A stretch of 64,000 bases of DNA from Eledone cirrhosa (taxonomy: Eukaryota), in contig OZ024743.1 of the NCBI GenBank assembly GCA_964016885.1, forward strand, positions 270,072,001 through 270,136,000, written 5' to 3'. Positions 13,701 to 26,500 of the stretch are shown here, in pieces. A program made the translations under genes and the position numbers. Under the pieces are notes generated by a model. It had not been told where the DNA came from. It saw only the letters and a program-made list of their open reading frames with translations, and made no database searches. The first letter of the stretch is position 1. Each line of letters starts with the position of its first letter.

Positions 13701-16700
13701 TGGTGTTGGTAGTAGTGTTTGACGTGGCGTTGATGTTAGTGGTATTGGGGTAGTGTTTGGAGTGGTGTTGATGTTAATGGTGTTGGTAGTAGTGTTTGAG
13801 GTGGTGTTGATGTTAGTGGTGTTGGTAGTTGTGTTTGAGGAGGTGTTGATGTTAGTGGTGTTGGTAGTAGTGTTTGAGGTGGTGTTGATGTTAGTGGTGT
13901 TGGTAGTAGTGTTTGAGGTGGTGTTGACGTTAGTGGTGTTGGTAGTAGTGTTTGAGGTGGTGTTGATGTTAGTGGTGTTGGTAGTAGTGTTTGAGGTGGT
14001 GTTGATGTTAGTGGAGTTGGGTGTAGTGTTTGAGGTGGTGTTGATGTTAGTGGTGTTGGTAGTAGTGTTTGAGCTGGTGTTGATGTTAGTGGTGTTGGTA
14101 GTAGTGTTTGAGGTGGTGTTGATGTTAGCGGTGTTGGTAGTAGTGTTTGAGGTGCTGTTGATGTTAGTGGTGTTGGTAGTAGTGTTTGATGTGGTGTTGA
14201 TGTTAGCGGTGTTGGTAGTTTTGTTTGAGGTGGTGTTGATGTTAGTGGTGTTGGTAGTAGTGTTTGAGGTGGTGTTGATGTTAGTGGTGTTGGTAGTAGT
14301 GTTTGAGGTGGTGTTGATGTTAGCGGTGTTGGTAGTAGTGTTTGAGGTGGTGTTGATGTTAGTGGTGTTGATAGTAGTGTTTGAGGAGGTGTTGATTTTA
14401 GTGGTGTTGGTAGTAGTGTTTGAGGTGGTGTTGATGTTAGTGGTGTTGGTAGTAGTGTTTGAGGTGGTGTTGATGTTAGCGGTGTTGGTAGTAGTGTTTG
14501 ACGTGGCGTTGATGTTAGTGGTATTGGGGTAGTGTTTGGAGTGGTGTTGATGTTAATGGTGTTGGTAGTAGTGTTTGAGGTGGTGTTGATGTTAGTGGTG
14601 TTCGTAGTAGTGTTTGAGGAGGTGTTGATGTTAGTGGTGTTGGTAGTAGTGTTTGAGGTGGTGTTGATGTTAGTGGTGTTGGTAGTAGTGTTTGAGGTGG
14701 TGTTGACATTAGTGGTGTTGGTAGTAGTGTTTGAGGTGGTGTTGATGTTAGTGGTGTTGGTAGTAGTGTTTGAGGTGGTGTTGATGTTAGTGGAGTTGGG
14801 TGTAGTGTTTGAGGTGGTGTTGATGTTAGTGGTGTTGGTAGTAGTGTTTGAGGTGGTGTTGATGTTAGCGGTGTTGGTAGTAGTGTTTGAGGTGTTGTTG
14901 ATGTTAGTGGTGTTGGTAGTAGTGTTTGAGGTGGTGTTGATGTTAGCGGTGTTGGTAGTAGTGTTTGACGTGGTGTTGATGTTAGTGGTATTGGGGTAGT
15001 GTTTGAGGTGGTGTTGATGTTAGCGGTGTTGGTAGTAGTGTTTGAGGTGGTGTTGATGTTAGTGGTGTTGGTAGTAGTGTTTGAGGTGGTGTTGATGTTA
15101 GCGGTGTGGGTAGTAGTGTTTGACGTGGTGTTGATGTTAGTTGTATTGGGGTAGTGTTTGGAGTGGTGTTGATGTTAATGGTGTTGGTAGTAGTGTTTGA
15201 AGTGGTGTTGATGTTAGTGGTGTTGGTAGTAGTGTTTGAGGAGGTGTTGATGTTAGTGGTGTTGGTAGTAGTGTTTGAGGTGGTGTTGATGTTAGTGGTG
15301 TTGGTAGTAGTGTTTGAGGTGGTGTTAATGTTAGTGGTGTTGGTAGTAGTGTTTGAGGTGGTGTTGATGTTAGTGGTGTTGGTAGTAGTGTTTGACGTGG
15401 TGTTGATGTTAGTGGTGTTGGTAGTAGTGTTTGAGATGGTGTTGATGTTAGCGGTGTTGGTAGTAGTGTTTGAGGTGCTGTTGATGTTAGTGGTGTTGGT
15501 AGTAGTGTTTGAGGTGGTGTTGACGTTAGCGGTGTTGGTAGTAGTGTTTGAGGTGGTGTTGGTAGTAGTGTTTGAGGTGGTGTTGATGTTAGCGGTGTTG
15601 GTAGTAGTGTTTGACGTGGTGTTGATGTTAGTGGTATTGGGGTAGTGTTTGGAGTGGTGTTGACGTTAATGGTGTTGGTAGTAGTGTTTGAGGTGGTGTT
15701 GATGTTAGTGGTGTTGGTAGTAGTGTTTGAGGAGGTGTTGATGTTAGTGGTGTTGGTAGTAGTGTTTGAGGTAGTGTTGATGTTAGTGGTGTTGGTAGTA
15801 GTGTTTGAGGTGGTGTTGACGTTAGTGGTGTTGGTAGTAGTGTTTGAGGAGGTGTTGATGTTAGTGGTGTTGGTAGTAGTGTTTGAGGTGGTGTTGATGT
15901 TAGTGGGGTTGGTAGTAGTGTTTGAGGTGGTGTTGATGTTAGTGGAGATGGGGGTAGTGTTTGAGGTGGTGTTGATGTTAGTGGTGTTGGTAGTAGTGTT
16001 TGAGGTGGTGTTGATGTTAGTGGTGTTGGTAGTAGTGTTTGAGGTGGTGTTGATGTTAGCGGTGTTGGTAGTAGTGTTTGAGGTGCTGTTGATGTTAGTG
16101 GTGTTGGTAGTAGTGTTTGAGGTGGTCTTGATGTTAGCGGTGTTGGTAGTAGTGTTTGAGGTGGTGTTGATGTTAGTGGTGTTGGTAGTAGTGTTTGAGG
16201 AGGTGTTGATTTTAGTGGTGTTGGTAGTAGTGTTTGAGGTGGTGTTGATGTTAGTGGTGTTGGTAGTAGTGTTTGAGGTGGTGTTGATGTTAGCGGTGTT
16301 GGTAGTAGTGTTTGACGTGGTGTTGATGTTAGTGGTGTTGGTAGTAGTGTTTGACGTGGCGTTGATGTTAGTGGTGTTGGGGTAGTGTTTGGAGTGGTGT
16401 TGATGTTAATGGTGTTGGTAGTAGTGTTTGAGGTGGTGTTGATGTTAGTGGTGTTGGTAGTAGTGTTTGAGGAGGTGTTGATGTTAGTGGTGTTGGTAGT
16501 AGTGTTTGAGGTGGTGTTGATGTTAGTGGTGTTGGTAGTAGTGTTTGAGGTGGTGTTGATGTTAGTGGTGTTGGTAGTAGTGTTTGAGGTGGTGTTGATG
16601 TTAGTGGTGTTGGCAGTAGTGTTTGAGGTGGTGTTGATGTTAGCGGTGTTGGTAGTAGTGTTTGAGGTGGTGTTGATGTTAGTGGTGTTGGTAGTAGTGT

Positions 16701-19700
16701 TTGAGGAGGTGTTGATGTTAGTGGTGTTGGGGGTAGTGTTTGAGGTGCTGTTGATGTTAGCGGTGTTGTAGTAGTGTTTGAGGTGGTGTTGATGTTAGTG
16801 GTGTTGGTAGTAGTGTTTGAGGTGGTGTTGATGTTAGTGGTGTTGGTAGTAGTGTTTGACGTGGTGTTGATGTTAGTGGTGTTGGTAGTAGTGTTTGAGG
16901 TGGTGTTGATGCTAGTGGTGTTGGTAGTAGTGTTTGAGGTGGTGTTGATGTTAGCGGTGTGGGTAGTAGTGTTTGACGTGGTGTTGATGTTAGTGGTATT
17001 GGGGCAGTGTTTGGAGTGGTGTTGATGTTAATGGTGTTGGTAGTAGTGTTTGAAGTGGTGTTGATGTTAGTGGTGTTGGTAGTAGTGTTTGAGGAGGTGT
17101 TGATGTTAGTGGTGTTGGTAGTAGTGTTTGAGGTGGTGTTGATGTTAGTGGTGTTGGTAGTAGTGTGTGAGGTGGTGTTGACGTTAGTGGTGTTGGTAGT
17201 AGTGTTTGAGGTGGTGTTGATATTAGTGGTGTTGGTAGTAGTGTTTGACGTGGTGTTGATGTTAGTGGTGTTGGTAGTAGTGTTTGAGGTGGTGTTGATG
17301 TTAGCGGTGTTGGTAGTAGTGTTTGAGGTGCTGTTGATGTTAGTGGTGTTGGTAGTAGTGTTTGAGGTGGTGTTGATGTTAGCGGTGTTGGTAGTAGTGT
17401 TTGAGGTGGTGTTGATGTTAGCGGTGTTGGTAGTAGTGTTTGAGGTGGTGTTGATGTTAGCGGTGTTGGTAGTAGTGTTTGAGGTGGTGTTGATGTTAGT
17501 GGTGTTGGTAGTAGTGTTTGAGGTGGTGTTGATGTTAGTGGTATTGGGGTAGTGTTTGGAGTGGTGTTGATGTTAATGGTGTTGGTAGTAGTGTTTGACG
17601 TTGTGTTGATGTTAGTGGTATTGGGGTAGTGTTTGGAGTGGTGTTGATGTTAATGGTGTTGGTAGTAGTGTTTGAGGTGGTGTTGATGTTAGTGGTGTTG
17701 GTAGTAGTGTTTGAGGAGGTGTTGATGTTAGTGGTGTTGGTAGTAGTGTTTGAGGTGGTGTTGACGTTAGTGGTGTTGGTAGTAGTGTTTGAGGTGGTGT
17801 TGATGTTAGTGGGGTTGGTAGTAGTGTTTGAGGTGGTGTTGATGTTAGTGGAGTTGGGGGTAGTGTTTGAGGTGGTGTTGATGTTAGTGGTGTTGGTAGT
17901 AGTGTTTGAGGTGGTGTTGATGTTAGTGGTGTTGGTAGTAGTGTTTGAGGTGGTGTTGATGTTAGCGGTGTTGGTAGTAGTGTTTGAGGTGCTGTTGATG
18001 TTAGTGGTGTTGGTAGTAGTGTTTGAGGTGGTGTTGATGTTAGCGGTGTTGGTAGTTTTTTTTGAGGTGGTGTTGATGTTAGTGGTGTTGGTAGTAGTGT
18101 TTGAGGAGGTGTTGATTTTAGTGGTGTTGGTAGTAGTGTTTGAGGTGGTGTTGATGTTAGTGGTGTTGGTAGTAGTGTTTGAGGTGGTGTTGATGTTAGC
18201 GGTGTTGGTAGTAGTGTTTGACGTGGCGTTGATGTTAGTGGTATTGGGGTAGTGTTTGGAGTAGTGTTGATGTTAATGGTGTTGGTAGTAGTGTTTGAGG
18301 TGGTGTTGATGTTAGTGGTGTTGGTAGTAGTGTTTGAGGAGGTGTTGATGTTAGTGGTGTTGGTAGTAGTGTTTGAGGTGGTGTTGATGTTAGTGGTGTT
18401 GGTAGTAGTGTTTGAGGTGGTGTTGACGTTAGTGGTGTTGGTAGTAGTGTTTGAGGTGGTGTTGATGTTAGTGGTGTTGGTAGTAGTGTTTGAGGTGGTG
18501 TTGATGTTAGTGGAGTTGGGTGTAGTGTTTGAGGTGGTGTTGATGTTAGTGGTGTTGGTAGTAGTGTTTGAGGTGGTGTTGATGTTAGTGGTGTTGGTAG
18601 TAGTGTTTGAGGTGGTGTTGATGTTAGTGGTGTTGGTAGTAGTGTTTGAGGTTGTGTTGATATTAGCGGTGTTGGTAGTAGTGTTTGAGGTGGTGTTGAT
18701 GTTAGTGCTGTTGGTAGTAGTGTTTGTGGTGGTGTTGATATTAGCGGTGTTGATAGTAGTGCTTGAGGTGGTGTTGATTTAAGTGGTGTTGGTAGTAGTG
18801 TTTGAGGTGGTGTTGATATTAGCGGTGTTGGTAGTAGTGTTTGAGGTGGTGTTGATGTTAGTGGTGTTGGTAGTAGTGTTTGAGGAGGTGTTGATGTTAG
18901 CGGTGTTGGTAGTAGTGTTTGAGGTGGTGTTGATGTTAGCGGTGTTGGTAGTAGTGTTTGAGGTGGTGTTGATGTTAGCGGTGTTGGTAGTAGTGTTTGA
19001 AGTGATGTTGATGTTAGCGGTGTTGGTAGTAGTGTTTGAGGTGGTGTTGGTAGTAGTGTTTGAGGTGGTGTTGGTAGTAGTGTTTGAGGTGGTGTTGATG
19101 TTAGTGGTGTTGGTAGTAGTGTTTGAGGTGGTGTTGATGTTAGTGGTGTTGGTAGTAGTGTTTGAGGTGGTGTTGATGTTAGCGGTGTGGGTAGTAGTGT
19201 TTGACGTGGTGTTGATGTTAGTGGTATTGGGGTAGTGTTTGGAGTGGTGTTGATGTTAATGGTGTTGGTAGTAGTGTTTGAAGTGGTGTTGATGTTAGTG
19301 GTGTTGGTAGTAGTGTTTGAGGAGGTGTTGATGTTAGTGGTGTTGGTAGTAGTGTTTGAGGTGGTGTTGATGTTAGTGGTGTTGGTAGTAGTATTTGAGG
19401 TGGTGTTGACGTTAGTGGTGTTGGTAGTAGTGTTTGAGGTGGTGTTGATGTTAGTGGTGTTGGTAGTAGTGTTTGACGTGGTGTTGATGTTAGTGGTGTT
19501 GGTAGTAGTGTTTGAGGTGGTGTTGATGTTAGCGGTGTTGGTAGTAGTGTTTGAGGTGCTGTTGATGTTAGTGGTGTTGGTAGTAGTGTTTGAGGTGGTG
19601 TTGATGTTAGTGGTGTTGGTAGTAGTGTTTGAGGTGGTGTTGATGTTAGTGGAGTTGGTAGTAGTGTTTGAGGTGGTGTTGATGTTAGTGGTGTTGGTAG

Positions 19701-22700
19701 TAGTGTTTGAGGTGGTGTTGATGTTAGTGGTGTTGGTAGTAGTGTTTGAGGTTGTGTTGATATTAGCGGTGTTGGTAGTAGTGTTTGAGGTGGTGTTGAT
19801 GTTAGCGGTGTTGGTAGTAGTGTTTGAGGTGGTTTTGATGTTAGTGGTGTTGGTAGTAGTGTTTGAGGAGGTGTTGATGTTAGCGGTGTTGGTAGTAGTG
19901 TTTGAGGTGGTGTTGATGTTAGCGGTGTTGGTAGTAGTGTTTGAGGTGGTGTTGATGTTAGTGGTGTTGGTAGTAGTGTTTGAAGTGATGTTGATGTTAG
20001 CGGTGTTGGTAGTAGTGTTTGAGGTGGTGTTGATGTTAGTGGTGTTGGTAGTAGTGTTTGAGGTGGTGTTGATGTTAGTGGTGTTGGTAGTAGTGTTTGA
20101 GGTGGTGTTGATGTTAGTGGTGTTGGTGGTAGTGTTTGAGGTGGTGTTGATGTTAGCGGTGTTGGTAGTACTGTTTGAGGTGGTGTTGATGTTTGTGGTG
20201 TTGGGGGTAGTGTTTGAGGAGGTGTTGATTTTAGTGGTGTTGGTAGTAGTGTTTGAGGTGGTGTTGATGTTAGCGGTGTTGGTAGTAGTGTTTGACGTGG
20301 TGTTGATGTTAGTGGTATGGGGTAGTATTTGGAGTGGTGTTGATGTTAGTGGTGTTGGTAGTAGTGTTTGAGGTGGTGTTGATGTTGGTGGTGTTGGTAG
20401 TAGTGTTTGAGGAGGTGTTGATGTTAGTGGTGTTGGTAGTAGTGTTTGAGGTGGTGTTGATGTTAGTGGTGTTGGTAGTAGTGTTTGAGGTTGTGTTGAT
20501 ATTAGCGGTGTTGGTAGTAGTGTTTGAGGTGGTGTTGATGTTAGCGGTGTTGGTAGTAGTGTTTGAGGTGGTGTTGATGTTAGTGGTGTTGGTAGTAGTG
20601 TTTGTGGTGGTGTTGATATTAGCGGTGTTGGTAGTAGTGCTTGAGGTGGTGTTGATGTAAGTGGTGTTGGTAGTAGTGTTTGAGGTATTGTTGATATTAG
20701 CGGTGTTGGTAGTAGTGTTTGAGGTGGTGTTGATGTTAGCGGTGTTGGTAGTAGTGTTTGAGGAGGTGTTGATGTTAGCGGTGTTGGTAGTAGTGTTTGA
20801 GGTGGTGTTGATGTGACCGGTGTTGGTAGTAGTGTTTGAGGTGGTGTTGATGTTAGTGGTGTTGGTAGTAGTGTTTGAGGTGGTGTTGATGTTAGTGGTG
20901 TTGGTAGTAGTGTTTGAGGAGGTGTTGATGTTAGCGGTGTTGGTAGTAGTGTTTGAGGTGGTGTTGATGTGAGCGGTGTTGGTAGTAGTGTTTGAGGTGG
21001 TGTTGATGTTAGTGGTGTTGGTAGTAGTGTTTGAGGTGGTGTTGATGTTAGTGGTGTTGGTAGTAGTGTTTGAGGTGGTGTTGATGTTAGTGGAGTTGGG
21101 TGTAGTGTTTGAGGTGGTGTTGATGTTAGTGGTGTTGGTAGTAGTGTTTGAGGTGGTGTTGATGTTAGTGGTGTTGGTAGTAGTGTTTGAGGTGGTGTTG
21201 ATGTTAGTGGTGTTGGTAGTAGTGTTTGAGGTTGTGTTGATATTAGCGGTGTTGGTAGTAGTGTTTGAGGTGGTGTTGATGTTAGCGGTGTTGGTAGTAG
21301 TGTTTGAGGTGGTGTTGATGTTAGTGGTGTTGGTAGTAGTGTTTGAGGTGGTGTTGATGTTAGTGGTGTTGGTAGTAGTGTTTGAGGTGGTGTTGATGTT
21401 AGTGGTGTTGGTGGTAGTGTTTGAGGTGGTGTTGATGTTAGTGGTGTTGGTGGTAGTGTTTGAGGTGGTGTTGATGTTAGTGGTGTTGGTAGTAGTGTTT
21501 GAGGTGGTGTTGATGTTAGTGGTGTTGGTAGTAGTGTTTGAGGTGGTGTTGATGTTAGTGGTGTTGGTGGTAGTGTTTGAGGTGGTGTTGATGTTAGCGG
21601 TGTTGGTAGTACTGTTTGAGGTGGTGTTGATGTTTGTGGTGTTGAGGGTAGTGTTTGAGGAGGTGTTGATTTTAGTGGTGTTGGTAGTAGTGTTTGAGGT
21701 GGTGTTGATGTTAGTGGTGTTGGTAGTAGTGTTTGAGGTGGTGTTGATGTTAGTGGTGTTGGTAGTAGTGTTTGAGGTGGTGTTGATGTTAGCGGTGTGG
21801 GTAGTAGTGTTTGACGTGGTGTTGATGTTAGTGGTATTGGGGTAGTGTTTGGAGTGGTGTTGATGTTAATGGTGTTGGTAGTAGTGTTTGAAGTGGTGTT
21901 GATGTTAGTGTTGTTGGTAGTAGTGTTTGAGGAGGTGTTGATGTTAGTGGTGTTGGTAGTAGTGTTTGAGGTGGTGTTGATGTTAGTGGTGTTGGTAGTA
22001 GTGTTTGAGGTGGTGTTGACGTTAGTGGTGTTGGTAGTAGTGTTTGAGGTGGTGTTGATGTTAGTGGTGTTGGTAGTAGTGTTTGACGTGGTGTTGATGT
22101 TAGTGGTGTTGGTAGTAGTGTTTGAGGTGGTGTTGATGTTAGCGGTGTTGGTAGTAGTGTTTGAGGTGCTGTTGATGTTAGTGGTGTTGGTAGTAGTGTT
22201 TGAGGTGGTGTTGATGTTAGCGGTGTTGGTAGTAGTGTTTGAGGTGGTGTTGATGTTAGTGGAGTTGGTAGTAGTGTTTGAGGTGGTGTTGATGTTAGTG
22301 GTGTTGGTAGTAGTGTTTGAGGTGGTGTTGATGTTAGTGGTGTTGGTAGTAGTGTTTGAGGTGGTGTTGATGTTAGTGGTGTTGGTAGTAGTGTTTGAGG
22401 TGGTGTTGATGTTAGTGGTGTTGGTAGTAGTGTTTGAGGAGGTGTTGATGTTAGTGGTGTTGGTAGTAGTGTTTGAGGTTGTGTTGATATTAGCGGTGTT
22501 GATAGTAGTGTTTGAGGTGGTGTTGATGTTAGCGGTGTTGGTAGTAGTGTTTGAGGTGGTGTTGATGTTAGTGGTGTTGGTAGTAGTGTTTGAGGAGGTG
22601 TTGATGTTAGCGGTGTTGGTAGTAGTGTTTGAGGTGGTGTTGATGTTAGCGGTGTTGGTAGTAGTGTTTGAGGTGGTGTTGATGTTAGCGGTGTTGGTAG

Positions 22701-23069
22701 TAGTGTTTGAAGTGATGTTGATGTTAGCGGTGTTGGTAGTAGTGTTTGAGGTGGTGTTGATGTTAGTGGTGTTGGTAGTAGTGTTTGAGGTGGTGTTGAT
22801 GTTAGTGGTGTTGGTAGTAGTGTTTGAGGTGGTGTTGATGTTAGTGGTGTTGGTAGTAGTGTTTGAGGTGGTGTTGATGTTAGTGGTGTTGGTGGTAGTG
22901 TTTGAGGTGGTGTTGATGTTAGCGGTGTTGGTAGTAGTGTTTGGGGTGGTGATGATGTTAGTGGTGTTGGTAGTAATGTTTGAGGTGGTGTTGATGTTAG
23001 TGGTGTTGGTAGTAGTGTTTGAGGTGGTGTTGATGTTAGTGGTATTGGTAGTAGTGTTTGAGGTGGTGT

Positions 23070-23520
23070 TGATGTTTGTGGTGTTGGGGTTAGTGTTTGA
23101 GGAGGTGTTGATTTTAGTGGTGTTGGTAGTAGTGTTTGAGGTGGTGTTGATGTTAGTGGTCTTGGTAGTAGTGTTTGAGGAGGTGTTGATGTTAGTGGTG
23201 TTGGTAGTAGTGTTTGAGGTGGTGTTGATGTTTGTGGTGTTGGGGTTAGTGTTTGAGGAGGTGTTGATTTTAGTGGTGTTGGTAGTAGTGTTTGAGGTGG
23301 TGTTGATGTTAGTGGTCTTGGTAGTAGTGTTTGAGGAGGTGTTGATGTTAGTGGTGTTGGTAGTAGTGTTTGAGGTGGTGTTGATGTTTGTGGTGTTGGG
23401 GTTAGTGTTTGAGGAGGTGTTGATTTTAGTGGTGTTGGTAGTAGTGTTTGAGGTGGTGTTGATGTTAGTGGTCTTGGTAGTAGTGTTTGAGGAGGTGTTG
23501 ATGTTAGTGGTGTTGGTAGT
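23070..23520. repeat. 156-bp (4-monomer) higher-order repeat, 3 copies
   Basis: GATGTTTGTGGTGTTGGGGTTAG starts at 23071, 23227 and 23383, each followed by GATTTTA and GGTCTTGG variants. Confidence 0.9.
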
Positions 23521-26500
23521 AGTGTTTGAGGTGGTGTTGATGTTAGCGGTGTTGGTAGTAGTGTTTGAGGTGGTGTTGATGTTAGCGGTGTTGGTAGTAG
23601 TGTTTGAGGTGGTGTTGTTGTTATTGGTGTTGGTAGTAGTGTTTGAGGTGGTGTTGATGTTAGCGGTGTTGGTAGTAGTGTTTGAGGTGGTGTTGATGTT
23701 AGTGGTGTTGGTGGTAGTGTTTGAGGTGGTGTTGATGTTAGCGGTGTTGGTAGTACTGTTTGAGGTGGTGTTGATGTTTGTGGTGTTGGGGGTAGTGTTT
23801 GAGGTGGTGTTGATTTTAGTGGTGTTGGTAGTAGTGTTTGAGGTGGTGTTGATGTTAGTGGTGTTGGTAGTAGTGTTTGAGGTGGTGTTGATGTTAGTGG
23901 TGTTGGTAGTAGTGTTTGAGGTGGTGTTGATGTTAGCGGTGTTGGTAGTAGTGTTTGAGGTGGTGTTGATTTTAGTGGTGTTGGTAGTAGTGTTTGAGGT
24001 GGTGTTGATGTTAGTGGTGTTGGTAGTAGTGTTTGAGGTGGTGTTGATGTTAGTGGTGTTGGTAGTAGTGTTTGAGGTGGTGTTGATGTTAGCGGTGTTG
24101 GTAGTAGTGTTTGAGGTGGTGTTGATGTTAGCGGTGTTGGTAGTTTTGTTTGAGGTGGTGTTGATGTTAGTGGTGTTGGTAGTAGTGTTTGAGGAGGTGT
24201 TGATTTTAGTGGTGTTGGTAGTAGTGTTTGAGGTGGTGTTGATGTTAGTGGTGTTGGTAGTAGTGTTTGAGGTGGTGTTGATGTTAGCGGTGTTGGTAGT
24301 AGTGTTTGACGTGGCGTTGATGTTAGTGGTATTGGGGTAGTGTTTGGAGTGGTGTTGATGTTAATGGTGTTGGTAGTAGTGTTTGAGGTGGTGTTTATGT
24401 TAGTGGTGTTGGTAGTAGTGTTTGAGGTGGTGTTGATGTTAGTGGTGTTGGTAGTAGTGTTTGAGGTGGTGTTGATGTTAGTGGTGTTGGTAGTAGTGTT
24501 TCAGGTGGTGTTGACGTTAGTGGTGTTGGTAGTAGTGTTTGAGGTGGTGTTGATGTTAGTGGTGTTGGTAGTAGTGTTTAAGGTGGTGTTGATGTTAGTG
24601 GAGTTGGGTGTAGTGTTTGAGGTGGTGTTGATGTTAGTGGTGTTGGTAGTAGTGTTTGAGGTGGTGTTGATGTTAGTGGTGTTGGTAGTAGTGTTTGAGG
24701 TGGTGTTGATGTTAGTGGTGTTGGTAGTAGTGTTTGAGGTTGTGTTGATATTAGCGGTGTTGGTAGTAGTGTTTGAGGTGGTGTTGATGTTAGTGGTGTT
24801 GGTAGTAGTGTTTGTGGTGGTGTTGATATTAGCGGTGTTGGTAGTAGTGCTTGAGGTGGTGTTGATGTAAGTGGTGTTGGTAGTAGTGTTTGAGGTGGTG
24901 TTGATATTAGCGGTGTTGGTAGTAGTGTTTGAGGTGGTGTTGATGTTAGCGGTGTTGGTAGTAGTGTTTGAGGTGGTGTTGATGTTAGTGGTGTTGGTAG
25001 TAGTGTTTGAGGAGGTGTTGATGTTAGCGGTGTTGGTAGTAGTGTTTGAGGTGGTGTTGATGTTAGCGGTGTTGGTAGTAGTGTTTGAGGTGGTGTTGAT
25101 GTTAGCGGTGTTGGTAGTAGTGTTTGAAGTGATGTTGATGTTAGCGGTGTTGGTAGTAGTGTTTGAGGTGGTGTTGATGTTAGTGGTGTTGGTAGTAGTG
25201 TTTGAGGTGGTGTTGATGTTAGTGGTGTTGGTAGTAGTGTTTGAGGTGGTGTTGATGTTAGTGGTGTTGGTGGTAGTGTTTGAGGTGGTGTTGATGTTAG
25301 CGGTGTTGGTAGTACTGTTTGAGGTGGTGTTGATGTTTGTGGTGTTGGGGGTAGTGTTTGAGGAGGTGTTGATTTTAGTGGTGTTGGTAGTAGTGTTTGA
25401 GGTGGTGTTGATGTTAGTGGTGTTGGTAGTAGTGTTTGAGGTGGTGTTGATGTTAGTGGTGTTGGTAGTAGTGTTTGAGGTGGTGTTGATGTTAGCGGTG
25501 TGGGTAGTAGTGTTTGACGTGGTGTTGATGTTAGTGGTATTGGGGTAGTGTTTGGAGTGGTGTTGATGTTAATGGTGTTGGTAGTAGTGTTTGAAGTGGT
25601 GTTGATGTTAGTGGTGTTGGTAGTAGTGTTTGAGGAGGTGTTGATGTTAGTGGTGTTGGTAGTAGTGTTTGAGGTGGTGTTGATGTTAGTGGTGTTGGTA
25701 GTAGTGTTTGAGGTGGTGTTGATGTTAGTGGTGTTGGTAGTAGTGTTTGAGGTGCTGTTGATGTTAGTGGTGTTGGTAGTAGTGTTTGACGTGGTGTTGA
25801 TGTTAGTGGTGTTGGTAGGAGTGTTTGAGGTGGTGTTGATGTTAGCGGTGTTGGTAGTAGTGTTTGAGGTGCTGTTGATGTTAGTGGTGTTGGTAGTAGT
25901 GTTTGAGGTGGTGTTGATGTTAGCGGTGTTGGTAGTAGTGTTTGAGGTGGTGTTGATGTTAGTGGAGTTGGTAGTAGTGTTTGAGGTGGTGTTGATGTTA
26001 GTGGTGTTGGTAGTAGTGTTTGAGGTGGTGTTGATGTTAGTGGTGTTGGTAGTAGACTTTGAGGTGGTGTTGATGTTAGTGGTGTTGGTAGTAGTGTTTG
26101 AGGTTGTGTTGATATTAGCGGTGTTGGTAGTAGTGTTTGAGGTGGTGTTGATGTTAGCGGTGTTGGTAGTAGTGTTTGAGGTGGTGTTGATGTTAGTGGT
26201 GTTGGTAGTAGTGTTTGAGGAGGTGTTGATGTTAGCGGTGTTGGTAGTAGTGTTTGAGGTGGTGTTGATGTTAGCGGTGTTGGTAGTAGTGTTTGAGGTG
26301 GTGTTGATGTTAGCGGTGTTGGTAGTAGTGTTTGAGGTGGTGTTGATGTTAGTGGTGTTGGTAGTAGTGTTTGAGGTGGTGTTGATGTTAGTGGTGTTGG
26401 TAGTAGTGTTTGAGGTGGTGTTGATGTTAGTGGTGTTGGTGGTAGTGTTTGAGGTGGTGTTGATGTTAGCGGTGTTGGTAGTGCTGTTTGAGGTGGTGTT